Origin: a virus
DNA: 64,000 nt
Reading direction: 5' to 3' (one strand)
Virus record (IMG/VR): IMGVR_UViG_3300029305_003340
Coordinates: 338-64,337 of that record
Made by a program: the position numbers and the translations under genes. Each line of letters starts with the position of its first letter. The stretch's first letter is position 1. Below the pieces are notes generated by a model. It had not been told where the DNA came from. It saw nothing but the letters and a program-made list of their open reading frames with translations, and did no database searches. This document shows positions 20,303 through 33,000 of this stretch, in pieces.

Positions 20303-23300
20303 CAATTAGCCTCCTTATATTCATACGCCACATCCGTAGAGAAGCCCCAGTATTGGCAATAGGTCATTTCAGCTCCACCAAAAATTATATTTTCTGAAAA
20401 AGCATTATAAAGATCTTCATTATAGAAAATAACTTTTTTGATGCCCGTATTCATAAAAACGCTATAACCAAGAATACCTTCTGGCAAAATTCCATTAGTA
20501 GATATTTTAGATCCTATTGAGCTATGAATTTCAATAGTACCATTATTTATACTTCCTACTCCGCTATTCTGAAAAGCTCCAGACTCAAGTATTGATAAAT
20601 AATTTTTATCTTCATTATTAGAGCCAAAGATATATGGTTTAACTCCTTTACTATTGGCAAAAGCATTTGATCCAATTTCAATAAGAGATTCAGGCAGATA
20701 TGTGACTTTAACTCCTTCTCCGCACCCCATAAAAGCACTAGATCCAATAGACTAAATATTAGGAGGTAATTCATCAATAGTAAGCTTCATTTTATAAGTA
20801 TCTTGATAAAAGTTAATATCTGTTGTAAACGCAGAATCTCCAATAGATATAACATTACCAACATTTCCAATAGTAGTTAAATCTACCTAATACTAAAAAG
20901 CATTATTATCAATAGTAGTTATAGTTGAAGGCAAATAAACTGCTTTTAATACCTGTTTCCCAAGTCTTAATTCACTCGCGGTAGTTGCAAATGCCATTTT
21001 CCCAACTGTCGTATATTCTGCGTCGTCTAAGAAAAATACATGAGTGATTAAGCTTTCTCCGTCTCCAGGGTAAAAAGCTCTGTCTGCAATTTTCTTTAAA
21101 GGATATTTTCCATCAGCTGTTTTAGATGGTAAAGTAATTTTGCCTTTAAAAACATTTTTATATTCGTCTTTTAAAGAAATCTCATTCTAAGAAATATTAA
21201 AATACTTATAATCAGTCGCGGTTTGAGTATTATTAACTTCTTCACAATAAGCATAAATATTAGTATTACCTGTTACGACATAATTTTGAATAGAACTAAT
21301 TAATGCTGGATTGTTGTTAATAATTGGAGAGTCTGACCATCCTTTAAATTCATAACGATATTCGTCTTCAGGGTGTTCTTTGTAATAATAATCAATCATT
21401 GGGCCATCATAAGTTTGTCCATATTGGACTGACCAAGAATCTGATTCTCCTTGAGGAATTATATTAGTTCCATCAAAAAATCTAACACTATAAGTTCTTA
21501 ATTTTTCTTCAAAAACTGGAATAAACTCAATATCAGAATTAGGCACTAAAGCCATCAAAGATTCACTTCCATCAAGAGCACTTTCAGCTTCGATGGTACT
21601 ATCATAATATAATTGAGTTCCATTTTTCCAATAGTGTGTAAAGACATAATCATACTGCTCAGTAGATTCCATTGCGGGATCGGTCATAGCTTCTCCAAGG
21701 GGGCCTTCCGCAGTAATGAGTTTAGCTAAAGCAGTATTTCCGTCAGATAATACTCTATAATGATTTGCAGTTGAATTTTCACTTGCTTTAAAAGTAATTG
21801 TAATAGCTTTAGTTAGGTTATCTCCAAAATTAGTTCCATATTGGATAATTAAATTTGGATAAATCTTACAATATTTTTTATAAATTTCGAATTCATTAAC
21901 AGCATAAGTATATCCGTTTTCGGAAGTAGGCAAATTAATTTGTAAAGTTCCAATTAAAGAAGCTGCAGTAGAATTAGTTGCAGGCCTTGCTCCATTTATT
22001 AAATTCTCTAAAACGGTAATGCTCTGAATCTTTTTAATTTTATTCACATTATCAATATCATAAACAAAATCATTTCCAGAAACACTTTCCCAAGTAAAAG
22101 TATCAAAATTATAAATTAAAATTTTACCATTTAAAACTAAAGCATAAGAATGAGGATCCATAATAGGACAATTTGTTACATTAAGTTCTATCAAACTATT
22201 ATAAATTCCTTCATCTAATTTTAAATCTGTTAATTTAGACAGATTAGCCATTTTTAAAGTATTTACTGGATTGATATAAAGAGTTTCGGTAATTGCACCA
22301 TCGGCCATTGTTAACCCAGAAAAAGCACTACCATTTAACTGTAAATTTTCTAATTGATAAAGTTTTGACAAATCTAAAGCCCCTAATCCAGAATTAGTAC
22401 AATTTTGAATAAAAGCTTCTTGCAACATGGCGTTTTGACTAATATCAACACCACCCAAACTTTTATTTTCATAACCTTCTTCATTAGAGCCTACTGTTAA
22501 GCTTCTTAATTTAACGGCTTTGTCAATTCCAATATAAGTAGGATATAATTGAGGTAATCCACTTAATACCTAAATCATTCTGGCCCCATAAATATAACAG
22601 GTACTATCATTAACATTAGTTAATTTTTGTCCTACCGGGATATTGAATACAGTTCCTCTTTTAATTCTTTCGGGAGAGGAAAAGTTTACGCCACCAATAA
22701 GAGATTGAGAATAACAATCTATATAATACTAAATAGGAACTACATTATCAACTGACCAATGGTCAGAAGTCATATTTAATCGTAAATCTAATGCTGCACC
22801 TTGAGTATTATCATTACCAGCTATATATTTAGAATTTATATAAAAATCCTAATATCTTTCATACTGTTCTCTTTGGTGAGTTTTCTTTCCACCTTCAAGT
22901 CTTTCAAGATAGGTACCAGTATCCAATCCTAATCTTCTTGGTCTAATATATTTTCTAAAATAGTCATAAACCCAGCATCTTTCAGGAATGATTTCTTGGT
23001 GCTTTTTAAATTCTGCCAAATAAGCGTCAGGATCCCAAGCTCCCGCAACTGCGAGTTTTTGATATAAATCCTATTGTGCTTCAGGCAAACCAAAAATAAA
23101 ATTAATCCATACAGAGTCAGGAGCATTAAAAACTGACAATCCTGATTCTGTGCGGTCTAAGCACTCTAATCCATAAGTGTAAGTTAAAAATCCACTATTA
23201 TTATTACCATCAGAAGTATCGTTGTCATAGTTTTTAGTTAAATCCCAATGATCTAAATCTTCTGTGCTCCAGAAAGTGTTTTTAGCAACATTATCAACCA

Positions 23301-26300
23301 TTGTGTGGCGTTGGATAAATAGATAATGATATACAACAGAGTCCATAACTAAATGGTCTTCACATTCACTAAGCATTTTAGCCATACGGTATTCATAAGT
23401 ATCTTTTTCATAATCTCCCGCATACCGAGAAATGGTTAAACCTGCTAAACTAATTCCAGTAGGAGAAGGTTCGTCTTTATACTCAGGAGGAGAAAAACCT
23501 CTAAAGGTATAAGGCTCAAAATGAACTTTCTTCCCTAAATCGTTATTTGTGTATGCTTTTGGATTACTATCAGCCATCCAATTTACGAAATTAACAAAAG
23601 CTTCTTTCATTGCAGGAGTAGCTTCATCATTTCCATCAGGGTATCTAAATTCAAATGGCATATCATCATCATCAATCCATACAGTAGCGTTATCAACTCT
23701 TACTGTCATAAATTGTTCAGCAGTTTGGTTATCTGTAACCTCAACGCAACAAGCATTATGATTGGTTATATCATGGAAAACTTCGCTATTCTTTTTGTCA
23801 TTTCCCATATTACCAATAGCGTACTATTTATAATAAGGGCTATTAACATAATTATCAGTATCTAAAAAGGCATTAGCCGCGAGATAAGCTCCAGTATTTG
23901 GTTTTCCATCTTTATAATATTCGTCATTCGTATTTAAGTCTTTTATAAAGACAACTCCGGAATTAAATTCCATACAGTCACGATATAATTTTCCATCATC
24001 TCTGATTTTTCTTCTATGAGCATCGTGATATGGCTAAAACTTATTATACCATTCTTGATTTACTACATTATTAGCATTTTCAGAAGATGCTACATTAACC
24101 TTAGTACAAAAATAATCAATAGGAATGGAGGTATCTGAAACGCCCCATCCATCAATCTAATAGCCATTTTCATCTAAAATTATACCATCGCTAAAGTCAG
24201 AACGTAAATTAAAAGCAGCCACACCATAAGCTGCAGATGAAGTACCTTGAACTCTAGTGACAACATCAGTTGCTTTTCTAATAGGCTTATCAGTTGTCTA
24301 ATAATATTCAGTATAGGTGCATCCTTTTACTTTGTCATCTTTATTCTAGGTCACATGCGGGACCTCATATAAATAAGCCCTACAATTAGGATTCTATTGG
24401 ATTAATTTCTCATAAGAAATATCACCATTTGGACCTAAAATATTATTTCTATTATAACGTTCTAATAATTCAGTACCATTAGGAGCGTCCATAATAAAGT
24501 TTGTTATATGCTCATCTTCAGTTAAACGACGCTCATAAACTTTGGCAGTATAAACATATACATCACAAAGATCAGAACCAATGACAATTTTAGGATAGTT
24601 ATTAACATTTTTAAAATTAGTGCCAGAGGTATAAGCTTCTATTTTTACAGGAATTCCATCAATCCAGAACATCAAAAATCTATCGCCTTTAATATTTCCA
24701 TCAGCGCTATCTTTGACATCAGGCCAAATTTCAGCCTCTAACTCAATATAAGAATTTTCATAATACTAAGTATTAAAATTTTTATTAATATTAGTTGAAA
24801 ATATTGCTTTTTGAGCATCATATTTTAAACCTAAATTAGCAGCTTCCTCATAGCATTCTAAGACAGGAGCTTCATAGTCGTAGCAATTAGTTGCTTTAAA
24901 ACAGAACTTAAAAACTTTTCCAGCTCCACTTGGATTTCCTTTATTGAACAATTCATAATTAATAGTCATTCGAGTGCCTTGACGAACACAAATATACTTA
25001 TTAATTATACCATTTTTCTTTTCTTCAAATTTTAAACCACCATTAATCCAGTCAAAATTATCCGAAAATTCTAAAGTTACTCCATTAGAATTCCAATTGC
25101 GAAGGCCTTCATTTCCTGAAAAGTCTGTGGCTTTTAATTTAAAAGCGTATCCAGAAACTTCTGAAATGTCTAAATTTAATTTACTAACTGCTAATTCTAT
25201 ATCTTTTTTAGCTTCATTGTTTATAGTAGCAATTGTTAAAGTTACATTACCATAATTAGTAATACTATAAGGCCAAGACTGTAAGCTCCTATCGCACTCC
25301 ATAGTATCAATTAAAACTCCATCTGCATAAAAATTAACTTTTACTTTTTCTGCATCAGGGTCGTAAACTAAAAATGGAATATTTAAAGTCTCATATTGAT
25401 TTGCGGTATCCTTATAATAAGGTACTGTTAAGATAGAAGTTGTTCCATCTAATATAAAAGTAATTTCATTTTTAATGGAATTAGAGGTATGTAATGTTCC
25501 ATCAATTTCTGCTGTTAAATAGATTTCACAAGTATGAGCTCCATATGGGAAACTAGGAATAAGATCTGAATAAACCACTTTATTAGTTTCTGAAGCTTTA
25601 ATAAATCTAGTGAAATAACTTACCTCTGGTTCATAAGAGTTGTCAAATACAATATGAGCAGTACAATCAATACTTCCATAAGGGGTAAAAGATAAAGAAA
25701 AAGTTTCATCATTTATATATGATTTTTCGCTATATGTATAAGGCCATTCTAATTTAAAATTAATTACTTTAATCTACCAGGTCTTAGAAGTTTTACTAGG
25801 AATATTTCCGCCAGTATCAATTGTAATATTTAGCTTTATGCTATTATATTCAAGATTTGGATCAAAATATTTAGATGATATTGTATAAGTATGTCGTCCA
25901 ACAAGAATTTGTTGAGAAGCAACTTCCACTCCGTTAACAATCCAAGTACCTAATCCAGGAAGAACTATATCTTCTCCAGAAGCGTCTTTAGCATCAAACT
26001 AATAAGTAATACTATAGTCATTACCTGTTAAAATAGTAATTCCATTCTAAATTTGATTTAAAGTGGGGCTTACATAAGAAATTGCAGCACTACCTGAAGT
26101 AGTTCCGCCGCTAGAACTTCCGCCTCCACCAACAGGCAAATAATTAGCTAAAACTTCGGTTTCGGAGATAATATCAACTACACGATAAAAACCGTTATAA
26201 TCAACATTTAAGCCTAAATTGATAATTAAATCATCTACTGAAGGCATTTCATCACTTTCAATATCATCAGCTGAAAAAATAGGCTTTTCAATTGTAGTTT

Positions 26301-26499
26301 CATCAATAGTCTTTGTAGCATAAAAGACTCCAGAATTGCCTCCTCCCATAGGGAGATAAGAACCATTTGACCCTAAATAAATTCTACCAGTATCGGTCGC
26401 AAAATAAACAAAACCGTCTACAGGGACAGAAGTTTTCATAGCTGTTTCTGTACATTCAACAGGTCTAAAAACAGTTCCTTTGGTATTTAATTCTGACAT
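20302..26499 (-). CDS. giant 2065-aa tail-associated protein: LamG-like region, CotH-kinase-like region, leucine-rich repeats; many TAGs
   Basis: Six ORF fragments in one frame; VQGTSSAAY, KVNVASSENANN, MVDNVAKN, YDNDTSDG; BspA-type LRRs (LPSTITTIDNNAF, LPESLIEIGSNAF). Confidence 0.75.
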
Positions 26500-26523
26500 C
26501 TAAATTCTCCTTTCTATCATAAT

Positions 26524-26559
26524 AAAAAAATGGGGAGGATATGAAAATATCCTCCCCAT
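26524..26559 (-). terminator. intrinsic terminator
   Basis: ATGGGGAGGATAT / ATATCCTCCCCAT followed by a T tract on the - strand. Confidence 0.85.
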
Positions 26560-26586
26560 AATAAAATTTTCATCCTCGTAAGGATT

Positions 26587-26622
26587 TACAATTATAGGTT
26601 TATTTTTTAATCTAATTTGACC
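26587..26622 (-). promoter_or_regulatory. copy of recurrent GGNCRA motif
   Basis: GGTCAA-attagat-TAAA, TA at +29/+30. Confidence 0.5.
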
Positions 26623-26627
26623 TTAAA

Positions 26628-28394
26628 TTAGAAAGAGCCCCACTCAATACCAAGAGTAAGAGTATTATTATCGACGGTTGCAGTAAGAGCACTTCCTTCT
26701 TCAGCAACAACATTAATTGTACCAAGATCAACATTAGTATAACTGGTTAATTTAATTGCATTGCCAGCGCCAGTTAATTTAGCCTCTTGATTAGCCTGAT
26801 AACCAGTCTTAACATGAGTCCATCCACCAGCATAAGAATCAGCATTGCCCTGGTCAGCAGCGGCGACTAAAAGATCACCAGCATAATAAGATTCTCCACC
26901 ATATGCGAAATCACCAGTTACAACATAAGTGTCACCAGCTTCAACACCAGTGGTAGGAAGATCGGTATAAGCATCAATACCATCGATATAATGCATCGCA
27001 TCAGCAGCTTCCATCTGAGCGATAACAAAATCAACAACATTATCTTGAGTAGCATCAGCAGGTAAAGTACCAACTAAAGCCTCTAAATGGTCAATTGCAT
27101 CTTCAGCAGTACCCATTCTAGTGGTTAAACCACTAATAGCAGTAGCATTATTACCAATATTTGTAGCATTATCAGCTGCCTTCTTCTCAACTGCATCCAT
27201 TTCACTTTGAAGAGTGTCAATTTCTCCTTCAGCAGTACCAACGCGAGTAGTTAAATTCCCTAAATCAGTTTGAAGAGTATCAATTTCGCCTTCGGCAGTA
27301 CCAACACGAGTATTTAAATTACCTAAATCGGTTTGAAGATTTCCAATAGCGGTAGCATTTTTACCGATATTGTCAGCATTGGTTGCGATATCGGCATCGT
27401 TTTCTTGAATAGCAGCTTTATTATCTGCGATATCTTTTACCAGACCAGAATTAGCATCACCAATAGCAGCTTCTAAATCATCAATATCGCCTTCAATTTC
27501 AGCAACCTTTTCGTTATAGGCGGTTACATCAACTTTATTAGTTGTAAGATTATTAATAGAGGTAGTATGGCTATTAACGGTTTGAATTAAACCGGAATCA
27601 GCACCACCAAGTGCAGTTTGTAAAGCTTCAATAGCTTCAGCATTAGCTGCGATATCTCCATCATTTGCTTCAATAGCAGCTCTATTGTCAGCGATATCTT
27701 TTACTAAACCACTAGAAGCATCACCGATAGCTTTTTCAAGATTGTCAATATCAGTTTCAGCAGTGCCTATTCTAGTAGTTAATCCATTAATAGCACTAAG
27801 GTTATCGGCTACACCTTTTACTAAGCCAGAATTAGCATCACCAATGGCAGTAGTGTTGGTAGCAACATTTCTATTAGTTTCAGCAAGAGCATCCTGGAGA
27901 TTCTTAATATCGGTGTCGTTAGACTCAATAGCAGCCTTATTTTCAACAATTGCAGCAGCATTTTCGCCAATAGCAGTAGTATGCCCTGCAACAGTGCCAT
28001 TTAAAGTGGTAATAGAAGTCTCATTTGCGGCAACGCGTTGAGTAAGAGCTTCTAAATTAGCAGTTACATCAGAAACGCTATTAATCTGTTTCCAATGTGC
28101 GGCAACATCGCCAGCGGCAGGAATCCATTTTAAAAGAGCATTTTCTTCTACGAAGTAGTAAAAAGCATCTTCACTAAATGGAGGAACAGCATCTCTGGAA
28201 CTATTTTTTACAATAATTTGACTTACACGAATACGGTCTGCGGCGATGGTAGAACCATCAGTAGCAGTAACGGCAGGTAAGTCAACGTACATTGCCTTTT
28301 CATCGGCAGTGACATACACGGTACCTGGAACTTGAGTTTCAGGTAAGCGTGAAAAAATACCATATTTAAAATTTAACATAGTTTTATCAGCCAT
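26628..28394 (-). CDS. long coiled-coil tail fibre protein, TAG-free
   Basis: Heptad repeats, recurring IGDANSGLVKDIADN and TRVGTAEGEIDTLQ units, C-terminal GDTYVV...GDLLVA. Confidence 0.75.
   Translation of the reverse strand: MADKTMLNFKYGIFSRLPETQVPGTVYVTADEKAMYVDLPAVTATDGSTIAADRIRVSQIIVKNSSRDAVPPFSEDAFYYFVEENALLKWIPAAGDVAAHWKQINSVSDVTANLEALTQRVAANETSITTLNGTVAGHTTAIGENAAAIVENKAAIESNDTDIKNLQDALAETNRNVATNTTAIGDANSGLVKGVADNLSAINGLTTRIGTAETDIDNLEKAIGDASSGLVKDIADNRAAIEANDGDIAANAEAIEALQTALGGADSGLIQTVNSHTTSINNLTTNKVDVTAYNEKVAEIEGDIDDLEAAIGDANSGLVKDIADNKAAIQENDADIATNADNIGKNATAIGNLQTDLGNLNTRVGTAEGEIDTLQTDLGNLTTRVGTAEGEIDTLQSEMDAVEKKAADNATNIGNNATAISGLTTRMGTAEDAIDHLEALVGTLPADATQDNVVDFVIAQMEAADAMHYIDGIDAYTDLPTTGVEAGDTYVVTGDFAYGGESYYAGDLLVAAADQGNADSYAGGWTHVKTGYQANQEAKLTGAGNAIKLTSYTNVDLGTINVVAEEGSALTATVDNNTLTLGIEWGSF
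27207..27338 (-). repeat. 63-bp coding tandem repeat (LQTDLGNLxTRVGTAEGEIDT x2)
   Basis: ttgaag anchors at 27207, 27270 and 27333. Confidence 0.8.
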
Positions 28395-28422
28395 TATAGT
28401 ATATCTCCTTTATTAAATTAAA

Positions 28423-29928
28423 TTAGACAGTAGGCTCTTCCATTTCAGTCCATGTCATATAACCTTCGAGAGCAGTTACACGATCACCAAGGGCTTCAAC
28501 ATCAGCCTGGTTAGCTTTTGCGTTAAGAAGAGATTCTAAGTCAACAATTTTAGAAGCGACAATACCTTTAAGAGCTAGAGTACGATTTTCTCCAATTTCG
28601 AACTCTTCACTTACAGCGTTAATAACATTAACTTCTGCGCCTCCAGCAATACCAGCAAGTTTAGTACCTTCGGCTTCAGTCATTAAACGAGAGCCTTCAA
28701 CCTTATCAACCTTACCATTAAGAGCGGCTTCTACATCAACAATATTAGCTTTTACCTCTAAAAGTGCATCAGCTTCAGCCTTAGTGTAAGCATCGCCGAC
28801 ATTGGCTTTACCCTCTAAGAGAGCATCAGCTTCAGCCTTGGTATAAGAAGCTCCGATTTCAGCCTTATTTTTGATAGCTTCAGTAACATAAGTTTCAGTA
28901 GCATAACCATCAAGATTTACAGCAGTATCGCCAATCTTCTCCCAAGCACCATCAACGACCATATATTCGTCACGCACATCGGGATCAGCTCCGCCCTCTT
29001 TTGGAACCATATAAATAGTATGGACGTCAGCCTCTCCAACTGCAGGAAGGACATCAACAAGTTTTCTCTTTAAGTGCTCAGCATTAGCAATAGCATTAGT
29101 AATAAGAGTATCAACTTCGCCTTTAGCATAAACGTCAGCAGCATTAGCTTTCTTAGCTAACTCATCGTCAACATAAGTTTTATCTGCTTTTAAAGCAACT
29201 TTTTCAATTGTTTCAAACTTAGCATCTGCTTCAGTTTTAGTATATACATCAGCAGCATTTGCTTTAGTATCAACAACGCCTTCAAGAACTTCAAGTTCAG
29301 CATAAAGTCCAGAAGCAGGAGTCTCACCATCAGCGGGGTTGCCAACTTCAGCTTCAAGAGCTGCAAGATTTTGTTCAACCGCATCAGCACGCTCTTTAAG
29401 AGCGGTTACATCTTCAACAACTGCGTCAACTTCGCCATCAAGAGTTTCAACACTGCTCTGTAAACCAGCGACAGTAGTCTAAATACCTTCAACAGTCTCA
29501 GTGCTAGGTTTAACCCAAACGAGTTCACCAGCATCATTCTTCATTAACTGAGCGCCATTTTCGGCACCATCAAATCCAGCAATGCCGAGAGCACCTTCAG
29601 CATCATAGGCAAGAGTCTTATGTAATTTTAAAGTTTCAAGAACTTCTTTAGCTACATCTGCGGCAGTCTTAGGAACCCATTTACCAGCCTCATTTCTAAC
29701 AAGGAAGTCACCAGTTCCAGCGCCATCAACAATAACGTCAGCAAGGTCATTTAAATTAGCAAATTGAAGAACTACGTCTCCACCACTAATTAACTTATCA
29801 CCTAAATATAAGCGACCAACAGTACCTTCGCCATTCTCAGGAGTAACAAAATATAAAGTATTGTCATCGTAAGAGGTTAATGCTTGATAAGCAGCTAAAC
29901 TACCACGCTAAAATTTAATATAAGCCAT
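28423..29928 (-). CDS. tail fibre protein, 501 aa; TAG at codon 7 and at 29479-29481
   Basis: MAYIKF*RGS...; KANAADVY and YTKAEADALL repeats, DEYMVVDGAWEKIG, KVDKVEG; same frame as ORF 28423-29010. Confidence 0.75.
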
Positions 29929-29967
29929 AGAAATATTTCTCCTTTCAATTTTGTCTTCCAATATGAT

Positions 29968-30003
29968 TGAAATTTATATATAAAAAATTACCCTAACTTG
30001 GCC
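29968..30003 (-). promoter_or_regulatory. copy of recurrent GGNCRA motif, embedded in a terminator hairpin
   Basis: GGCCAA-gttaggg-TAAT, CA at +29/+30. Confidence 0.5.
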
Positions 30004-30023
30004 TATCAAGTTAGGGTAATTTT
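29982..30023 (-). terminator. intrinsic terminator
   Basis: AAAATTACCCTAACTTG / CAAGTTAGGGTAATTTT inverted repeat. Confidence 0.8.
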
Positions 30024-30028
30024 GTTAA

Positions 30029-33000
30029 TTAATCTGTGTAAATTTTATCTCCATTATCAGGACCAATAGCTCTTAAATCATTATGATAAGCTAAAATTTC
30101 ATTTAAAATATTTTGAATTGTTGTCTAATAAGGCTCATAACTAATTGTTACAAAATTCTTTACTTGCTCAACTTTTTCAAAGATTTGATTTCCTTCTTCA
30201 TCATAAGTAGGATTACCTTCTGCATCAAGAACTGGATCTCCATCTATGATTTCAGTTTCAGAGCCAGGAGTCTCAACTCTCTAATATCCCCAATTAAATA
30301 AAGTGTTTTCATCAAATTTATTAGGAAGAATATTATTAATAACAGAAATTGCTTCAGTATTGATTCTTATATCGGTAGTATGCTATTCATCGGCTTCTTT
30401 TCTATCTTCAATTTCTTGTTCAATTTTTCCATTAATTTCATTTTCAACATCTTTAGCTCTATCAGCTTCTTGCTTTATTGCATATGCGACAGAGCCTTCT
30501 GTAGCATCATTAGCGGTTAATGTAGTAATATTATCAATAATTTCATTAGCATTAGTTCCAAGCCATTCAGATATTTCTCCAATAGTGTCAAAAGCTTGCT
30601 AAATTTTACTATTATCCCCAATTAAAAGAGTAAGTCTATCTTCTTCTTTATTAATTCTGCTTTGAAGAATTCTAAATGCTTCATTAATAGAATTTGTAGA
30701 TGTAATATCTCCATCTTTTCCATTTGTATCAACGTACTTATAATCTGTCAACTTTAAAGTTCCTACATTGGCATGCTCCTAAGTAATTGCCAAAGTGCTA
30801 GGAACCAACTGGATTCCAGTTAAAACACTCGATTCAGTAGCAATTAAATTCTCATTAATGCTTGGGGGAGGGAACTTAACAGTATGAGTTTCTACCGCAG
30901 AAATATGTCCTGCTTCATCATATTTTACTTCTGGGATAGTAAATGTATCACCATAATTAGGAGTTTCATCATTATCAAAAGTGGTATTCCCAGAAGGTGC
31001 AACACCTGCGGGAGCATGATAAATAGTAACTTTATCTTCATCAGTATTCGCCTTTAACTGAATCCACCTATTGCCGGTATCTATCGTAGCAGTATCGACT
31101 AAAGTATCTGCTTCTAAAAGATAAGTAGTTTTATCTTCATTTTCTTTAAATTCATTAAAATTATTATTTTCAAACCCATTGTTTGTAATGGCAATAATTT
31201 TAAAATTGTCAGGCAAAGTAAAACTATGTTTATTACTTGCGGTTAAATGACCAGCTTCATCCCACTCAATTTCTTGAACTGAAAATGTTTTATTTTCACT
31301 ATTATTAAAATCTGTTAATTCATCATTTTCTTTAAATTTTTTAACATAGTGACTTAAAGTAATACTATCATAATCTTTTGGATCTTCTCCATCATCATGC
31401 CCTTGGAGTACCACCCATTTATTGCCCTGCTTAAAAGCTAAAGTGTCTGTCATAGTTTCAGCGGTAATTGTTGCCGCTGTACCTTTAATTATATCTTCCT
31501 CTTGAAACATTTCAGGAATTTCTACTTTTATTGTACTATAATTTTCAGGTAAAGTTACTATGTGAGTGCGCGCTTCAGTAATATGTCCAGCCTCATCAAA
31601 AGATAAGCAAGGAACTTCAAACTTATTATCTTCATTTAAATTAGAAGTAGGATCTTCGTCTTGGAGTAATCCATATAAAACATTCGCACTAGTGCCTTCC
31701 GCAAATTTTCCAAGTCTATGTCCCAATTTAACAGTATCTTCATCGCTATTATCTATTTTAATCCATCTATTAGAAGCCTTAAAAGTTAAATCATCTTGAG
31801 TACTATCTGCCACTTGTCCTTCTTCAATAATATCAATAGCAGGCTCTTCTACACTTTCAGTATTTTCTACTTTAATAGTTTTATACCCGTAAGGTAAAAC
31901 AACTTCTTCTTCATTATAGCCAATTATATGGCCCATATTATCAACTATTGGAGCATATAATTTTAAAGTATCACCAATACCAACATTTTTACCATTACCT
32001 TCAGAATTATTCTTATCAGATTTAGTCTCTGTGTTACTAATGGAATTATATCTATGAGTTAAATTAATTAAATTTTTATCTAAATTAAAACTTAAATTAA
32101 TAAATCTATTCTCTATCTCGGGACTATTTCCTTTAGTAGAGTTGCCGTAATTGATCCAACTAAGAGGCTATTCTGTAGTCCAATTTACAGAAATTAATTT
32201 TCCATCTTTATCAACAAAAACAAACTGTCCAGGGACAGCATCTTTAAATTTATCAATAATTGAATTCAAAGCATTAATTGCACCCTAAACAGTATCTCTA
32301 TCTGTAGTGGCGGGAGTATCAGTTCCTAAAAGATTGCGACAATCAATTAAAGAGCCTAAAATTGTTAAAAGATGATTTTCTAAACCTTGAATTTCTATAT
32401 ACTCATAAGTGTGAGAATCATCTGTATAAATTATTTTATCCAAATATTCTGGAAGAGCTTTAATATTAATGTATACATACTCTCCATCCTCATTTTGAAT
32501 ATAATAATTTTCCTCTTTAAAATTTTCAAATAATTTTTCATAAGCCTTATTCTTTTCTTGAGTTGAAGGAAAAGGTCGATTTAAAAAACTATTATAAGCA
32601 GACTAAAAATCACTGATATCAACAATACTATAAGTAGACTATTTTAAAATTCTTTGATAGACAACTGATCCATCTTCATTTGTCACCATATAAATATATT
32701 TTTTATTATACTCTTCTTCAGATAACTCTTTAGGCTTAGTTTCAGTAACAATCATTCCAATTAAATCATGGACTGTATTAATACAACCAGCTAAAGTTTC
32801 TAAATCACGAGTCATCCCGCCTATAGTATCATCTTGTGCATTATGATTTTTGTCATCATGCTCAATATCATAAGCATCTTTCCAAGCAATATCTCTATAT
32901 CTCTTATTTTCATTATTTGGATCATATCCATATACAATATCCCAAGCATCAGATACCATATTACCAATAGCAGGCAGAAGTATTTTTAGCTCTTGAATGT

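Noticed and set aside
26628-29928. Tandem repeats as a CRISPR array or non-coding repeat element
   Set aside because: Repeat units are multiples of 3, degenerate at synonymous positions and encode fibre coiled-coil units; there are no unique spacers.
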